From Bdellovibrionales bacterium (lineage in GTDB: Bacteria > Pseudomonadota > Alphaproteobacteria > Micavibrionales > UBA2020): a stretch of 64,000 bases of DNA. The position numbers were made by a program, and so were the translations under genes. Numbering within the stretch: position 1 is the stretch's first letter; each line of letters opens with the position of its first letter. Positions 27,710-36,416 of this stretch are shown piece by piece. The notes under the pieces are model-generated. The model worked only from the letters and a program-made list of their open reading frames with translations. It made no database searches and was not told the origin of the DNA. The DNA lies in NCBI GenBank assembly GCA_038247245.1, contig JBBRVE010000005.1, forward strand, positions 737 to 64,736, given 5' to 3'.

Positions 27710-28231
27710 ATGCCCACAGGTCCACAAGCCACCGCCTTTGGCGAAGATTTGCTGAAAGAAGTGCAGAAGGCCATGCCCGACATGGACCATGTCAACTGGC
27801 TGGCCAGCCGCGCCGACCTGAAACTGGCCGACAGCCAGAACCGCACCGCGCTGATGACCGTCATGGGCTGGGGCAATCAGGAACTGATGCAGAAAATGCT
27901 GGTGAACGGCGCCGACATCAACCAGAAAGGCGCGCGCGGCAATACCGCCGTGCATCTTGCGCTGGCCGGCGGCAACGAACAGACGGCGGCGACCGTGCTG
28001 GCCTACAAAGGCAACCTTGCGCAGCCGAACGATGCGGGCAAGGTGCCGTTCGATTTCGCGGAAGGAAAATTCAAGCCCGATATGATGGCGCGGTTGAGGC
28101 AGCGTTTCGAGGAACAGGACCCCGGCATAAGCCGCCGCCGCGCCTTCAACGCCCATATCGAAAAGCACGGCGTGCGCACCGAAAAACCCACCAAGGCCCC
28201 GAAGCCCGCCGTTTTTAAAATCAAACGCTGA
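27710..28231 (+). CDS. short ankyrin-repeat protein with basic C-terminal tail
   Basis: RTALM..., GADINQKG..GNTAVHLA, GKVPFDFA; GAGG RBS. Confidence 0.82.
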   Translation: MPTGPQATAFGEDLLKEVQKAMPDMDHVNWLASRADLKLADSQNRTALMTVMGWGNQELMQKMLVNGADINQKGARGNTAVHLALAGGNEQTAATVLAYKGNLAQPNDAGKVPFDFAEGKFKPDMMARLRQRFEEQDPGISRRRAFNAHIEKHGVRTEKPTKAPKPAVFKIKR

Positions 28232-28312
28232 TCCGGCATACTGCCGTATGCAGCACATAATCGAAACTTAATCCTTCTCGTCCATCCTTGTATCTGTGCA
28301 AGGAGATCGCGC

Positions 28313-30370
28313 ATGGACGAGCTGATGCAGGAATTCCTGACCGACACGACGGAAAAGCTGGGCGCGCTGGACCTCGACCTTGTGCGCCTTGAAAAAAATC
28401 CGAATGACGCTGAATTGATCGGGCGTATCTTCCGCCTTGTGCATACCGTGAAGGGTAATTGCGGGTTCCTCGGCCTGCCGCGTCTTGAAAATGTCACGCA
28501 TCACGCCGAAAGCGTGCTCAGCCAATACCGCGCGGGCACTGTGCCCGTCACGACGGATTCAGTATCGCTGATTTTGCAGTCGCTTGACCGCATCAAGGGT
28601 ATTGTGGGCGGTATTGCCGAAACGGGGGTCGAACCTGCGGGCGATGACCGCGTGCTGATCGACCTGCTCGACAGGGAAACGGCATCGTGCAAGTCGATGC
28701 CCGAAGCGGTGAACGCCTTCAGTGCGGCAATCGACGATTTGTCGGCAAAATCGCTGCGCATCGGCGTCGATACGCTGGAAGACATGATGACGTTGATGGG
28801 CGAATTGGTGCTGGCGCGCAACCAGCTGTTGCCGCATATGCGCGGCGAATTGCACCAGCCGCTGCACCGGCTGGATAAAACCGTCTCCGCGCTCCAGCAA
28901 AGCATGCTGAAGGCGCGCATGCAGCCGGTCGGGAATTTATGGGGAAAGCTGCCCCGTATCGTGCGCGACATGGCGATCGACCTTGGCAAAAAAATACGCC
29001 TCGATATGGCGGGCGGTACGACCGAAATTGACAGGCAGGTGCTGGAACTGATCCGCGATCCGCTGACGCATCTGCTGCGCAATGCCGCCGACCATGGCAT
29101 CGAAAAACCCGCGCTGCGTGTCACGCGCGGCAAATCACCCGAAGGCGTCATTTTGCTGTCCGCACGGCACGAAGGAGGGCAGGTGGTGATTGATGTCGCC
29201 GATGACGGGCGCGGCCTTGATGAAGCGGCGATATTGCAAAAGGCGATTGAAAACGGGCTGGTGCCCGCAACGCGCGGGCGCAGCCTGACCGCGTCGCAGG
29301 TGCAGCAGCTGGTATTCGCGCCGGGGTTCAGCACTGCCGCCGAAGTCACGGCGCTGTCGGGGCGGGGTGTCGGCATGGATGTGGTGCGCGCCAATATCGA
29401 AAAAATCGGCGGGACCGTTGAATTATCGTCTGTCGCAGGCAAGGGCGCGGTCGTGACCATGCGCATTCCGCTGACGCTCGCCATTATTCCCGCCCTCGTC
29501 GTGAAAACGGAGGGCGAAAGATATGCCCTCCCGCGCAGCGCCATCCGCGAGGTGGTGGCGCTGAAACGCGGCGGCGCGCACCAGATGCAGCGCATCGACC
29601 GCGCGAAATTCCTGCCGCTGCGCGGCCAGATGGTGCCGCTGGTGTCTCTGCAAACAGTCTTCGGCGCGGATGAACTGGCGCCCAGGGCGCTGAACCCTTT
29701 TGTGGTGATCCTGCATGTGGGGGGCGGCGGCGTGTTCGGCGTGATCTGCGATGGCATCGCAACGGCAGAGGAAATTGTGGTGAAGCCGCTATCGCCTGCG
29801 CTGCAGCGTTTACGCCTGTTTTCCGGCAATGCCGTGCTGGGTGATGGCGGCGTGGTGCTGATCCTTGATCCATCGGGCATTGCCCGCGAAGCGAATATAG
29901 AACCCGCGCCGAAACCCGTGGCTGCGGAAATGACAATGCTGGCCGGTAACGGCCGACCCGCGCTGCTTTTCCGCGCGGGTGCCGGGTCTGATCGCGCTGT
30001 GCCGCTGGAGTATTTATCAAGGATCGAGCGCATCGATATGTCGACGGTTCAAAATACCGGTGGACGGCGGGTGATGGCCTATCGCGACGGTTTGCTGCCG
30101 CTGATCGCCTATCCGGGCAGTACGCCGACCGGCAAGCGTCAGCCCGTATTGGTGATCCGCGACGGAGATGCGCAGGCGGGGGTTATTTTCGACAGCGTGC
30201 TGGGGGTAGTCGATGCGCTGCCCGATGTCGCGCTGAAACTGGAAAGCGGATCCGGGTCGCTGGGCAGCGCGCTTGCCGAGGGACAGGCGGTCGATGTGAT
30301 GGATGCGCCGTGGCTGATCCGCCGCGCGCGCGAAGGGTTGATGCATGACCACCCAGATATTGTCATTTAA
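28313..30370 (+). CDS. cheA: chemotaxis histidine kinase CheA
   Basis: Hpt FRLVHTVKG, MGELVLARNQL, HLLRNAADHGIE, DDGRG, FAPGFST..SGRGVGMDVV, IPLTLAI, CheW-like domains. Confidence 0.92.
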   Translation: MDELMQEFLTDTTEKLGALDLDLVRLEKNPNDAELIGRIFRLVHTVKGNCGFLGLPRLENVTHHAESVLSQYRAGTVPVTTDSVSLILQSLDRIKGIVGGIAETGVEPAGDDRVLIDLLDRETASCKSMPEAVNAFSAAIDDLSAKSLRIGVDTLEDMMTLMGELVLARNQLLPHMRGELHQPLHRLDKTVSALQQSMLKARMQPVGNLWGKLPRIVRDMAIDLGKKIRLDMAGGTTEIDRQVLELIRDPLTHLLRNAADHGIEKPALRVTRGKSPEGVILLSARHEGGQVVIDVADDGRGLDEAAILQKAIENGLVPATRGRSLTASQVQQLVFAPGFSTAAEVTALSGRGVGMDVVRANIEKIGGTVELSSVAGKGAVVTMRIPLTLAIIPALVVKTEGERYALPRSAIREVVALKRGGAHQMQRIDRAKFLPLRGQMVPLVSLQTVFGADELAPRALNPFVVILHVGGGGVFGVICDGIATAEEIVVKPLSPALQRLRLFSGNAVLGDGGVVLILDPSGIAREANIEPAPKPVAAEMTMLAGNGRPALLFRAGAGSDRAVPLEYLSRIERIDMSTVQNTGGRRVMAYRDGLLPLIAYPGSTPTGKRQPVLVIRDGDAQAGVIFDSVLGVVDALPDVALKLESGSGSLGSALAEGQAVDVMDAPWLIRRAREGLMHDHPDIVI

Positions 30371-30806
30371 GGTCGCAGGGCAGCTCTGCGGCATTCCCGC
30401 GCTTGACGTGCATGACGTCATCCGTGGCGGGCAGCGGCTGACGCCTGTGCCGCGCGCCGCACCTGCCATAATCGGCATCCTGAACCTGCGCGGGCGCATC
30501 GCGGTTGCGGTCAGTTTGCGCCGCTATCTGGAATTGCAGGATGCGCCAAGACACGCGGCGGGTATGTCATTGGTGATCGAAAACGCCGGAAACCTCTACT
30601 GTCTTGCGGTGGATAGCGTGGGCGAGGTATTGTCGTTCGAGGGGAAGGCAGGGCCGGTGCCGCCGGTTCTGGACGCCAATTGGCGTAAAGTCATGTCCGG
30701 TGTCTGGCCATGCGGCGACGCGCTTCTGGCGCAGCTGGATATCAGGGGCATGATCGATGCGCTCTGCGTCCCCCAAGATGAACAGATGCCTGCGGGGACA
30801 TTATGA
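30345..30806 (+). CDS. cheW: chemotaxis protein CheW
   Basis: TPVPRA..I.GILNLRGRI, LAVDSVGEV. Confidence 0.9.
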   Translation: MTTQILSFKVAGQLCGIPALDVHDVIRGGQRLTPVPRAAPAIIGILNLRGRIAVAVSLRRYLELQDAPRHAAGMSLVIENAGNLYCLAVDSVGEVLSFEGKAGPVPPVLDANWRKVMSGVWPCGDALLAQLDIRGMIDALCVPQDEQMPAGTL

Positions 30807-31168
30807 AGACTTGCCTTATCGTCGATGACAGCAGCATTGTGCGCCGCCTTGCGACAAAATTGCTGGAGGAAATCGGCTTTGAATGCTCGCAGGCCGAAGA
30901 CGGCCAGCAGGCGCTGGACGCGTGCAAAATAAAAATGCCCGATATCATGCTGCTCGACTGGAACATGCCCGTGATGAACGGCATCGACTGCATGAAATCC
31001 TTGCGCGAATTTCCGGGCGGCGAAGACATTAAAATCATTTTCTGCAGCACCCACAGCGAAATGGCGCAGATACAGGAGGCGCTGGAGGCAGGGGCGGACG
31101 AATACATCATGAAACCCTTCGACCGCGATATCCTGAAGACCAAATTCCGCCAGGTCGGCGTGCTGTAG
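30803..31168 (+). CDS. cheY: chemotaxis response regulator CheY
   Basis: LIVDDS, LLDWNMPVMNG, GADEYIMKPF; single REC domain. Confidence 0.9.
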   Translation: MKTCLIVDDSSIVRRLATKLLEEIGFECSQAEDGQQALDACKIKMPDIMLLDWNMPVMNGIDCMKSLREFPGGEDIKIIFCSTHSEMAQIQEALEAGADEYIMKPFDRDILKTKFRQVGVL

Positions 31169-31172
31169 CATC

Positions 31173-32255
31173 ATGCCGAAGTCTGGAAAAAACATTTCCG
31201 GTATCGTGCGCGTGATGGTGGTCGATGATTCAAGCATCGTGCGCGGGTTCCTGACCCGCTTTCTGGAGGCAGACCCCGCGATCAAGGTGACGGCGGCGGT
31301 GCCGAACGGGCAGGCCGCGTTGCAGGAACTGGCGGCGGCCGCGCCCGATGTCGTGATCCTTGACCTTGAAATGCCGGTGATGGACGGCATCACCGCGCTG
31401 CCGTTATTACTGGCGGCAAACCCGACGCTGCCGATTATCGTCGCATCGACCAAGACGCGTGAAAACGCGGCGCTGGCGCTCAAATGCCTTGCGCTGGGCG
31501 CGGTTGATTGCCTTGGCAAACCGAACGTGCATGACCTGTCCGACCCCGGGCCCTTCCAGGATGAATTAATACAGCGCGTGAAAGTGCTGGGACGATTGCG
31601 CGGCAAACCCGCACAGCCTGCGCCTTTTTTTTCGCCCACAGTACCACTAAGGGTTGTGGAACATGCAGCCGCGCCGGATGCGCCCGCCGCGCTTGGCATT
31701 TGCGCATCGACCGGCGGGCCGCTGGCGTTGTTGAAGGTGCTGGGCGGGTTGTCGCCACTTAGCGTGCCGGTTTTCATCACGCAGCATATGCCCGCGGGTT
31801 TCACCGCGCTGCTGGCGGAAAACATTGCGCAATCGACGGGGCTTGATTGCCGCGAGGCGGTGGATGGCGAAGCGGTGGTGGCGGGCCGCGTCTATGTCGC
31901 GCCAGGCAATTACCATTTGACCGTCGAGGGGTTTGACGGGTTTCGCCGCATATCGCTCAATCAGGAACTGCCCGAACATTTCTGCCGCCCCGCCGCCGAC
32001 CCGATGCTGCGCAGCCTTGCGGCATCATATGGCGCGGGGCTGCTCGTGGCGGTGCTGACAGGCATGGGCACCGATGCCGTTGCGGGCGCGCGCGCGGTTG
32101 TGGCGATGGGCGGGGCGGTCGTGACGCAGGACGAAGCATCCAGCGTCGTCTGGGGCATGCCGGGCGCGGTCGTGCAGGCGGGGTTGAGCGCGCAAACGGT
32201 ATCGCTCGATGATATGGCGGCCACGCTGCTGCGGTGGCTGAAGGTGGCCGCATGA
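31173..32255 (+). CDS. cheB: chemotaxis methylesterase CheB
   Basis: REC domain plus ASTGGP, QHMP, RPAAD, LTGMGTD, VVWGMPGA. Confidence 0.92.
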   Translation: MPKSGKNISGIVRVMVVDDSSIVRGFLTRFLEADPAIKVTAAVPNGQAALQELAAAAPDVVILDLEMPVMDGITALPLLLAANPTLPIIVASTKTRENAALALKCLALGAVDCLGKPNVHDLSDPGPFQDELIQRVKVLGRLRGKPAQPAPFFSPTVPLRVVEHAAAPDAPAALGICASTGGPLALLKVLGGLSPLSVPVFITQHMPAGFTALLAENIAQSTGLDCREAVDGEAVVAGRVYVAPGNYHLTVEGFDGFRRISLNQELPEHFCRPAADPMLRSLAASYGAGLLVAVLTGMGTDAVAGARAVVAMGGAVVTQDEASSVVWGMPGAVVQAGLSAQTVSLDDMAATLLRWLKVAA

Positions 32256-33070
32256 ATTTGCACCCGCAGGATTTCTTACTGTTTATTGATGTGCTGCGCC
32301 GTGAATCCGGCCTTGTGCTGGCGCCGGGGCAGGAATATTTGCTGAAATCGCGGCTGATGCCGGTGGCCGACAGATACGGCGTTGATGACCTTGCGGGGGT
32401 GGCGCGTGAAATCCGCATGGGGTCGCCGCAGATTTTGCGTGATGTGGTGGAGGCGATGTCGACGCATGAAACATCGTTCTTCCGCGATATGCTGCCGTTC
32501 CGCCAGTTGCAGGAAAAGGTGTTGCCCGCCCTGATGCGCGCGCGTGACGATAAAACCCTGCGCATCTGGTCGGCGGGCTGCGCGACGGGGCAGGAGGTCT
32601 ATTCGATTGCCATGCTGCTGCATGATATGGGCATCGCCCATGCGGGGTGGAAATATGACATTCTTGCGACCGATATCTCGCATCAGGTGCTGGAAAAGGC
32701 GAAGGCCGCGAGTTACACCGCGTTCGAGGCACAGCGCGGCGTGCCCGCCGCAACGCTGCTGCGTCACTTCAACCGCAGCGACGAAGAATGGGTGCTGAAA
32801 ACACATATCAGCGATGTGGTGAAATTCCGGCAGATGAACCTACTGGACGGCGTCGGGCATCTGGGCCAGTTCGACCTGATCCTGTGCCGCAACGTGCTGA
32901 TCTATTTCGACGCCGCCACGCGCCTTGCCGTGCTGTCCGATATCCGCGCCAGCCTGCGGCGCGATGGCGTGCTGATGCTGGGCGCCGCCGAAACCCCGCC
33001 CGCCGAGGCTGCGGGGCTCAAGCTGCTGGACGGCGTGATGGGCGGGTATATGCGGAGTGATAGTTTTTAA
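32252..33070 (+). CDS. cheR: chemotaxis methyltransferase CheR
   Basis: THETSFFRD, IWSAGCATGQE.YSIAM, ATDIS, CRNVLIYFD; ATGA overlap with cheB. Confidence 0.92.
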   Translation: MNLHPQDFLLFIDVLRRESGLVLAPGQEYLLKSRLMPVADRYGVDDLAGVAREIRMGSPQILRDVVEAMSTHETSFFRDMLPFRQLQEKVLPALMRARDDKTLRIWSAGCATGQEVYSIAMLLHDMGIAHAGWKYDILATDISHQVLEKAKAASYTAFEAQRGVPAATLLRHFNRSDEEWVLKTHISDVVKFRQMNLLDGVGHLGQFDLILCRNVLIYFDAATRLAVLSDIRASLRRDGVLMLGAAETPPAEAAGLKLLDGVMGGYMRSDSF

Positions 33071-33165
33071 GCATCTATTTATTGTGCGTAGTTACGGTGG
33101 GCACTATTATTGAATTACTGCTGCATAGTCTGCAGCGATATAGTTCGATCAGAGGGGTAAAGAGC

Positions 33166-33594
33166 ATGGCAGTAACTTGGTATGCGGCGCATGTCATTAC
33201 GAGCTTTCGCCAAAAAAACACAAAACGGAAATGGATCAATCTTTGGGAAACTATTTACCTCGTAAACGGAAAGACTCCTTCTCAAGCCAGAAAGAAGGCA
33301 GAAAAAATTGGCAAGGATGAAGCTAAGGCAGGAAGTGCTCATCTGACAATTGATGGTAAGCCCGGCAAAATGGTGTTTGAGGGAATCCGCAAGTTAATGG
33401 AAGTAATGAACTCATATCCAATGGAGATGTCCGAGGAGCGTCCTAATGACGGGACTGACCTGACCCATTTGGAACTTGGTGTACGCGACGAAAAGGAACT
33501 TAAAAAATTAGTCTCGGGGAAGCAGGTATCTGTGGAATATTATGACGCAGTCCGCCCTGCAGCTGCTAAAAAGAAGCGCAAGAAGAAAACCTGA
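33166..33594 (+). CDS. DUF4288-like hypothetical protein, AT-rich
   Basis: WY.....WETIYLV.....AR.KA..IGK...FEGIRKL...DGT pattern resembles DUF4288; GAGGGG RBS; low-GC codon use. Confidence 0.65.
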   Translation: MAVTWYAAHVITSFRQKNTKRKWINLWETIYLVNGKTPSQARKKAEKIGKDEAKAGSAHLTIDGKPGKMVFEGIRKLMEVMNSYPMEMSEERPNDGTDLTHLELGVRDEKELKKLVSGKQVSVEYYDAVRPAAAKKKRKKKT

Positions 33595-33618
33595 TAGAAA
33601 TAAATACACGAGGTGAAT

Positions 33619-33652
33619 AAAAAAACGGCTGCACGAATGCAGCCGTTCTTTT
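33619..33652. terminator. bidirectional terminator between convergent genes
   Basis: aaaaaaacggctgca-cgaa-tgcagccgttctttt. Confidence 0.75.
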
Positions 33653-33675
33653 CGGGAAGAACCCTAAAACTTGTA

Positions 33676-34389
33676 TTACGCGTTCGCCGTTTCCTTGCCG
33701 GCGGTCGCGCCTGCCGGATCGCGCAGCACATAGCCGCGTCCCCAGACCGTTTCGATGCAGCCGCCGCCGTCGGGCATAATCTTTTCAATCTTCTTGCGAA
33801 GTTTGCAGATGAACACGTCGATGATCTTGACTTCGGGTTCGTCCATGCCGCCATAGAGGTGGTTGAGGAACATTTCCTTGGTCAGCGTCGATCCCTTGCG
33901 GAGCGAGAGAAGCTCGATAATGCCGTATTCTTTCGATGTCAGGTGCAGCTGCTTGCTGTCAACTTCCACGGTGCGGGCATCCAGATTGACCGTGATCGGG
34001 CCGGTCTTGATGACGCTTTGGGCATGTCCCTTGGAGCGACGGACGATCGCCTGGATACGCGCCATCAATTCACGCTTGTCGAAAGGCTTGGTCAGGTAAT
34101 CGTCGGCGCCGAAGCCAAGACCCTTCAGCTTGCTGTCGAGTTCCGACAGGCCGGAGAGAATAAGGATGGGCGTTTCGACCTTCGCCGCACGCAGGCGCTT
34201 CAACACTTCATAACCGTCAAGGTCGGGGAGCATAAGGTCAAGGATGATGATGTCGTATTCGTAGAGCTTGCCGATTTCAAGGCCGTCTTCGCCCATATCG
34301 GTCGCATCAACGACATATCCGTCAGACTTGAGCATCAGCTCGATGCTCTTTGCCGTGGACTGGTCGTCTTCAATAAGCAGCACCCGCAT
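33676..34389 (-). CDS. ctrA: cell-cycle master response regulator CtrA
   Basis: [83 protein letters not shown]. Confidence 0.96.
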   Translation of the reverse strand: MRVLLIEDDQSTAKSIELMLKSDGYVVDATDMGEDGLEIGKLYEYDIIILDLMLPDLDGYEVLKRLRAAKVETPILILSGLSELDSKLKGLGFGADDYLTKPFDKRELMARIQAIVRRSKGHAQSVIKTGPITVNLDARTVEVDSKQLHLTSKEYGIIELLSLRKGSTLTKEMFLNHLYGGMDEPEVKIIDVFICKLRKKIEKIMPDGGGCIETVWGRGYVLRDPAGATAGKETANA

Positions 34390-34592
34390 CGCGTTTCCCC
34401 TTAATGTTTGCTTAGTGGAGTTGAATCAGTACTTAATCCTTACTAACATTATAACATGATCGTTAATAAAGGTTAAAAATAGTTCGGGAATTTTAACGAT
34501 CATGGCGAATTATCGTTTAATATCAAAGAGAAAAACATATTCATTTTTCATTAAAAAATATGAGATAATCGTAAAAGAAGCGGGGGTTTCTC

Positions 34593-35975
34593 ATGGTTTC
34601 GGACCATCATTTCATCGAAAACTTAGGCGAAAGCATCAACGAACTGGCCGATTACCAGCTGTTTGGCCGAGTCTCCAAAATTCTCGGCATGCTCGTCGAA
34701 GTGGGCGGCGTGGAGCGAGAACTCGCGATTGGCGACCGCTGCAACCTGATGCCACGCGGCGCAGACCCGATCCCCTGCGAAGTTGTCGGTTTCCGCGAAG
34801 GCCATGCGCTGGTGATGCCGTTCAAGCCGCTTGACCGCGTCGGCCTCGGCTGCCGCGCGGAAGTCGGTACGGCGCAGCCCGCCGTATTCCCCAGCAACGC
34901 ATGGCTCGGCCGCGTCATCAACGCGTTTGGCGAACCGATCGACGGCAAGGGCCCGATTTTGGGCGGCGAAGACCACATGCTGCTGAAAAACAAGCCGCCC
35001 GCGGCGCATGACAGAAAACGCCTTGGCGAAAAACTCGACCTCGGCGTACGCGCGATCAACTGTTTTCTCTCGACCGCGCGCGGACAGCGGATGGGCATTT
35101 TCGCGGGCTCCGGCGTTGGTAAATCGGTTTTGATGTCGATGCTGGCGCGTTATACCGAAGCGGAAGTTTCGGTCATCGGCCTGATCGGCGAACGCGGGCG
35201 CGAGGTGCAGGAATTCCTTGAAGATGACCTTGGCGTTGAAGGTTTGAAGAAAAGCGTCGTCATCGTGTCAACGTCGGATGAATCGCCGCTGATGCGCCGT
35301 CAGGCCGCCTATATGACGCTCGCCGTCGCCGAATATTTCCGCGACCAGAACAAACAGGTCCTGTGCATGATGGACAGCGTGACGCGCTTTGCCATGGCGC
35401 AGCGCGAAATCGGCCTGTCCGCCGGTGAACCGCCGACATCGAAGGGTTATCCGCCCACCACCTTCTCCGAACTCGCCAAACTGCTGGAACGCGCAGGGCC
35501 GGGCGTGAAGGGCAAGGGCGATATCACCGCCTTTTTCTCCGTCCTTGTCGAAGGCGACGACCACAACGAGCCGATTTCCGATGCCGTGCGCGGGATCATC
35601 GACGGTCACGTCGTGCTGGAACGCGCGATTGCCGATCGCGGGCGTTATCCCGCCATCAACGTATTACGCTCCATTTCACGCTCCATGCCGCGCTGCCTGA
35701 CGCCGGAACAGGCGGCATTGGTCGCGCGCGGGCGCGAAATCATGTCGACATATGAAGACATGGCGGAGCTGATCCGTCTGGGCGCGTATCGCCGTGGCGC
35801 GGACCCCAAGGTTGACGAAGCGATTTTGGTTTATCCGAAGATCGAGGCGTTTCTGGCGCAAAAACCGCTTGAAAAAACGTCGCTCGCGGACGGATACAAG
35901 CAATTGGCGCAAGTGTTGGGGATGGCGCCCGCAGCGCCGCCCGCCAAGCCTGCTGCACCGCCCCCCAAGAAGTAG
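34593..35975 (+). CDS. fliI: flagellar export ATPase FliI
   Basis: GQRMGIFAGSGVGKS, GLIGERGRE, DSVTRFAMAQREIGL..GEPP..KGY. Confidence 0.94.
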   Translation: MVSDHHFIENLGESINELADYQLFGRVSKILGMLVEVGGVERELAIGDRCNLMPRGADPIPCEVVGFREGHALVMPFKPLDRVGLGCRAEVGTAQPAVFPSNAWLGRVINAFGEPIDGKGPILGGEDHMLLKNKPPAAHDRKRLGEKLDLGVRAINCFLSTARGQRMGIFAGSGVGKSVLMSMLARYTEAEVSVIGLIGERGREVQEFLEDDLGVEGLKKSVVIVSTSDESPLMRRQAAYMTLAVAEYFRDQNKQVLCMMDSVTRFAMAQREIGLSAGEPPTSKGYPPTTFSELAKLLERAGPGVKGKGDITAFFSVLVEGDDHNEPISDAVRGIIDGHVVLERAIADRGRYPAINVLRSISRSMPRCLTPEQAALVARGREIMSTYEDMAELIRLGAYRRGADPKVDEAILVYPKIEAFLAQKPLEKTSLADGYKQLAQVLGMAPAAPPAKPAAPPPKK

Positions 35976-35981
35976 TGACGC

Positions 35982-36407
35982 ATGGCCGACCTTTCCGTCC
36001 TGATCCGCCTGCATAAACATGAACTCGATGAAAAACGCCGCGCGCTGGGCGAACTCCACGGCCAGATGGCCGAAATGGAACGTCGCCGCCGCGAGCTGGA
36101 GCGCAGTTTCGAGACGGAAAAGGAATCCATCCGCTTGAATGGCGACGTCCATTTCACCTTCGCCCAATACGCCGAAACCGTCCGTATGCAGCAGCGCAAG
36201 ATGATCGAGGATGAACAGCAGCTGGAAAAACATATCGAAAAAGCCAAGGAATCCCTGATGGAAACCTTCAGCGAGCTGAAAAAATACGAGATGACGCAGG
36301 AAGAACGCGAGCGTCTGGAGGCCGAAGAACAATCCATCAAGGAAAGCCGCGAGATGGACGCCATCGGCCTCGAAGGCTTCCGGCGCAAGCAGGACGAACA
36401 GAGTTAG
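35982..36407 (+). CDS. fliJ: flagellar export protein FliJ
   Basis: LIRLHK..LDEKRR, ELKKYE, E.REMD.IG coiled coil; directly after fliI. Confidence 0.85.
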   Translation: MADLSVLIRLHKHELDEKRRALGELHGQMAEMERRRRELERSFETEKESIRLNGDVHFTFAQYAETVRMQQRKMIEDEQQLEKHIEKAKESLMETFSELKKYEMTQEERERLEAEEQSIKESREMDAIGLEGFRRKQDEQS

Positions 36408-36416
36408 GCTGCAGAA

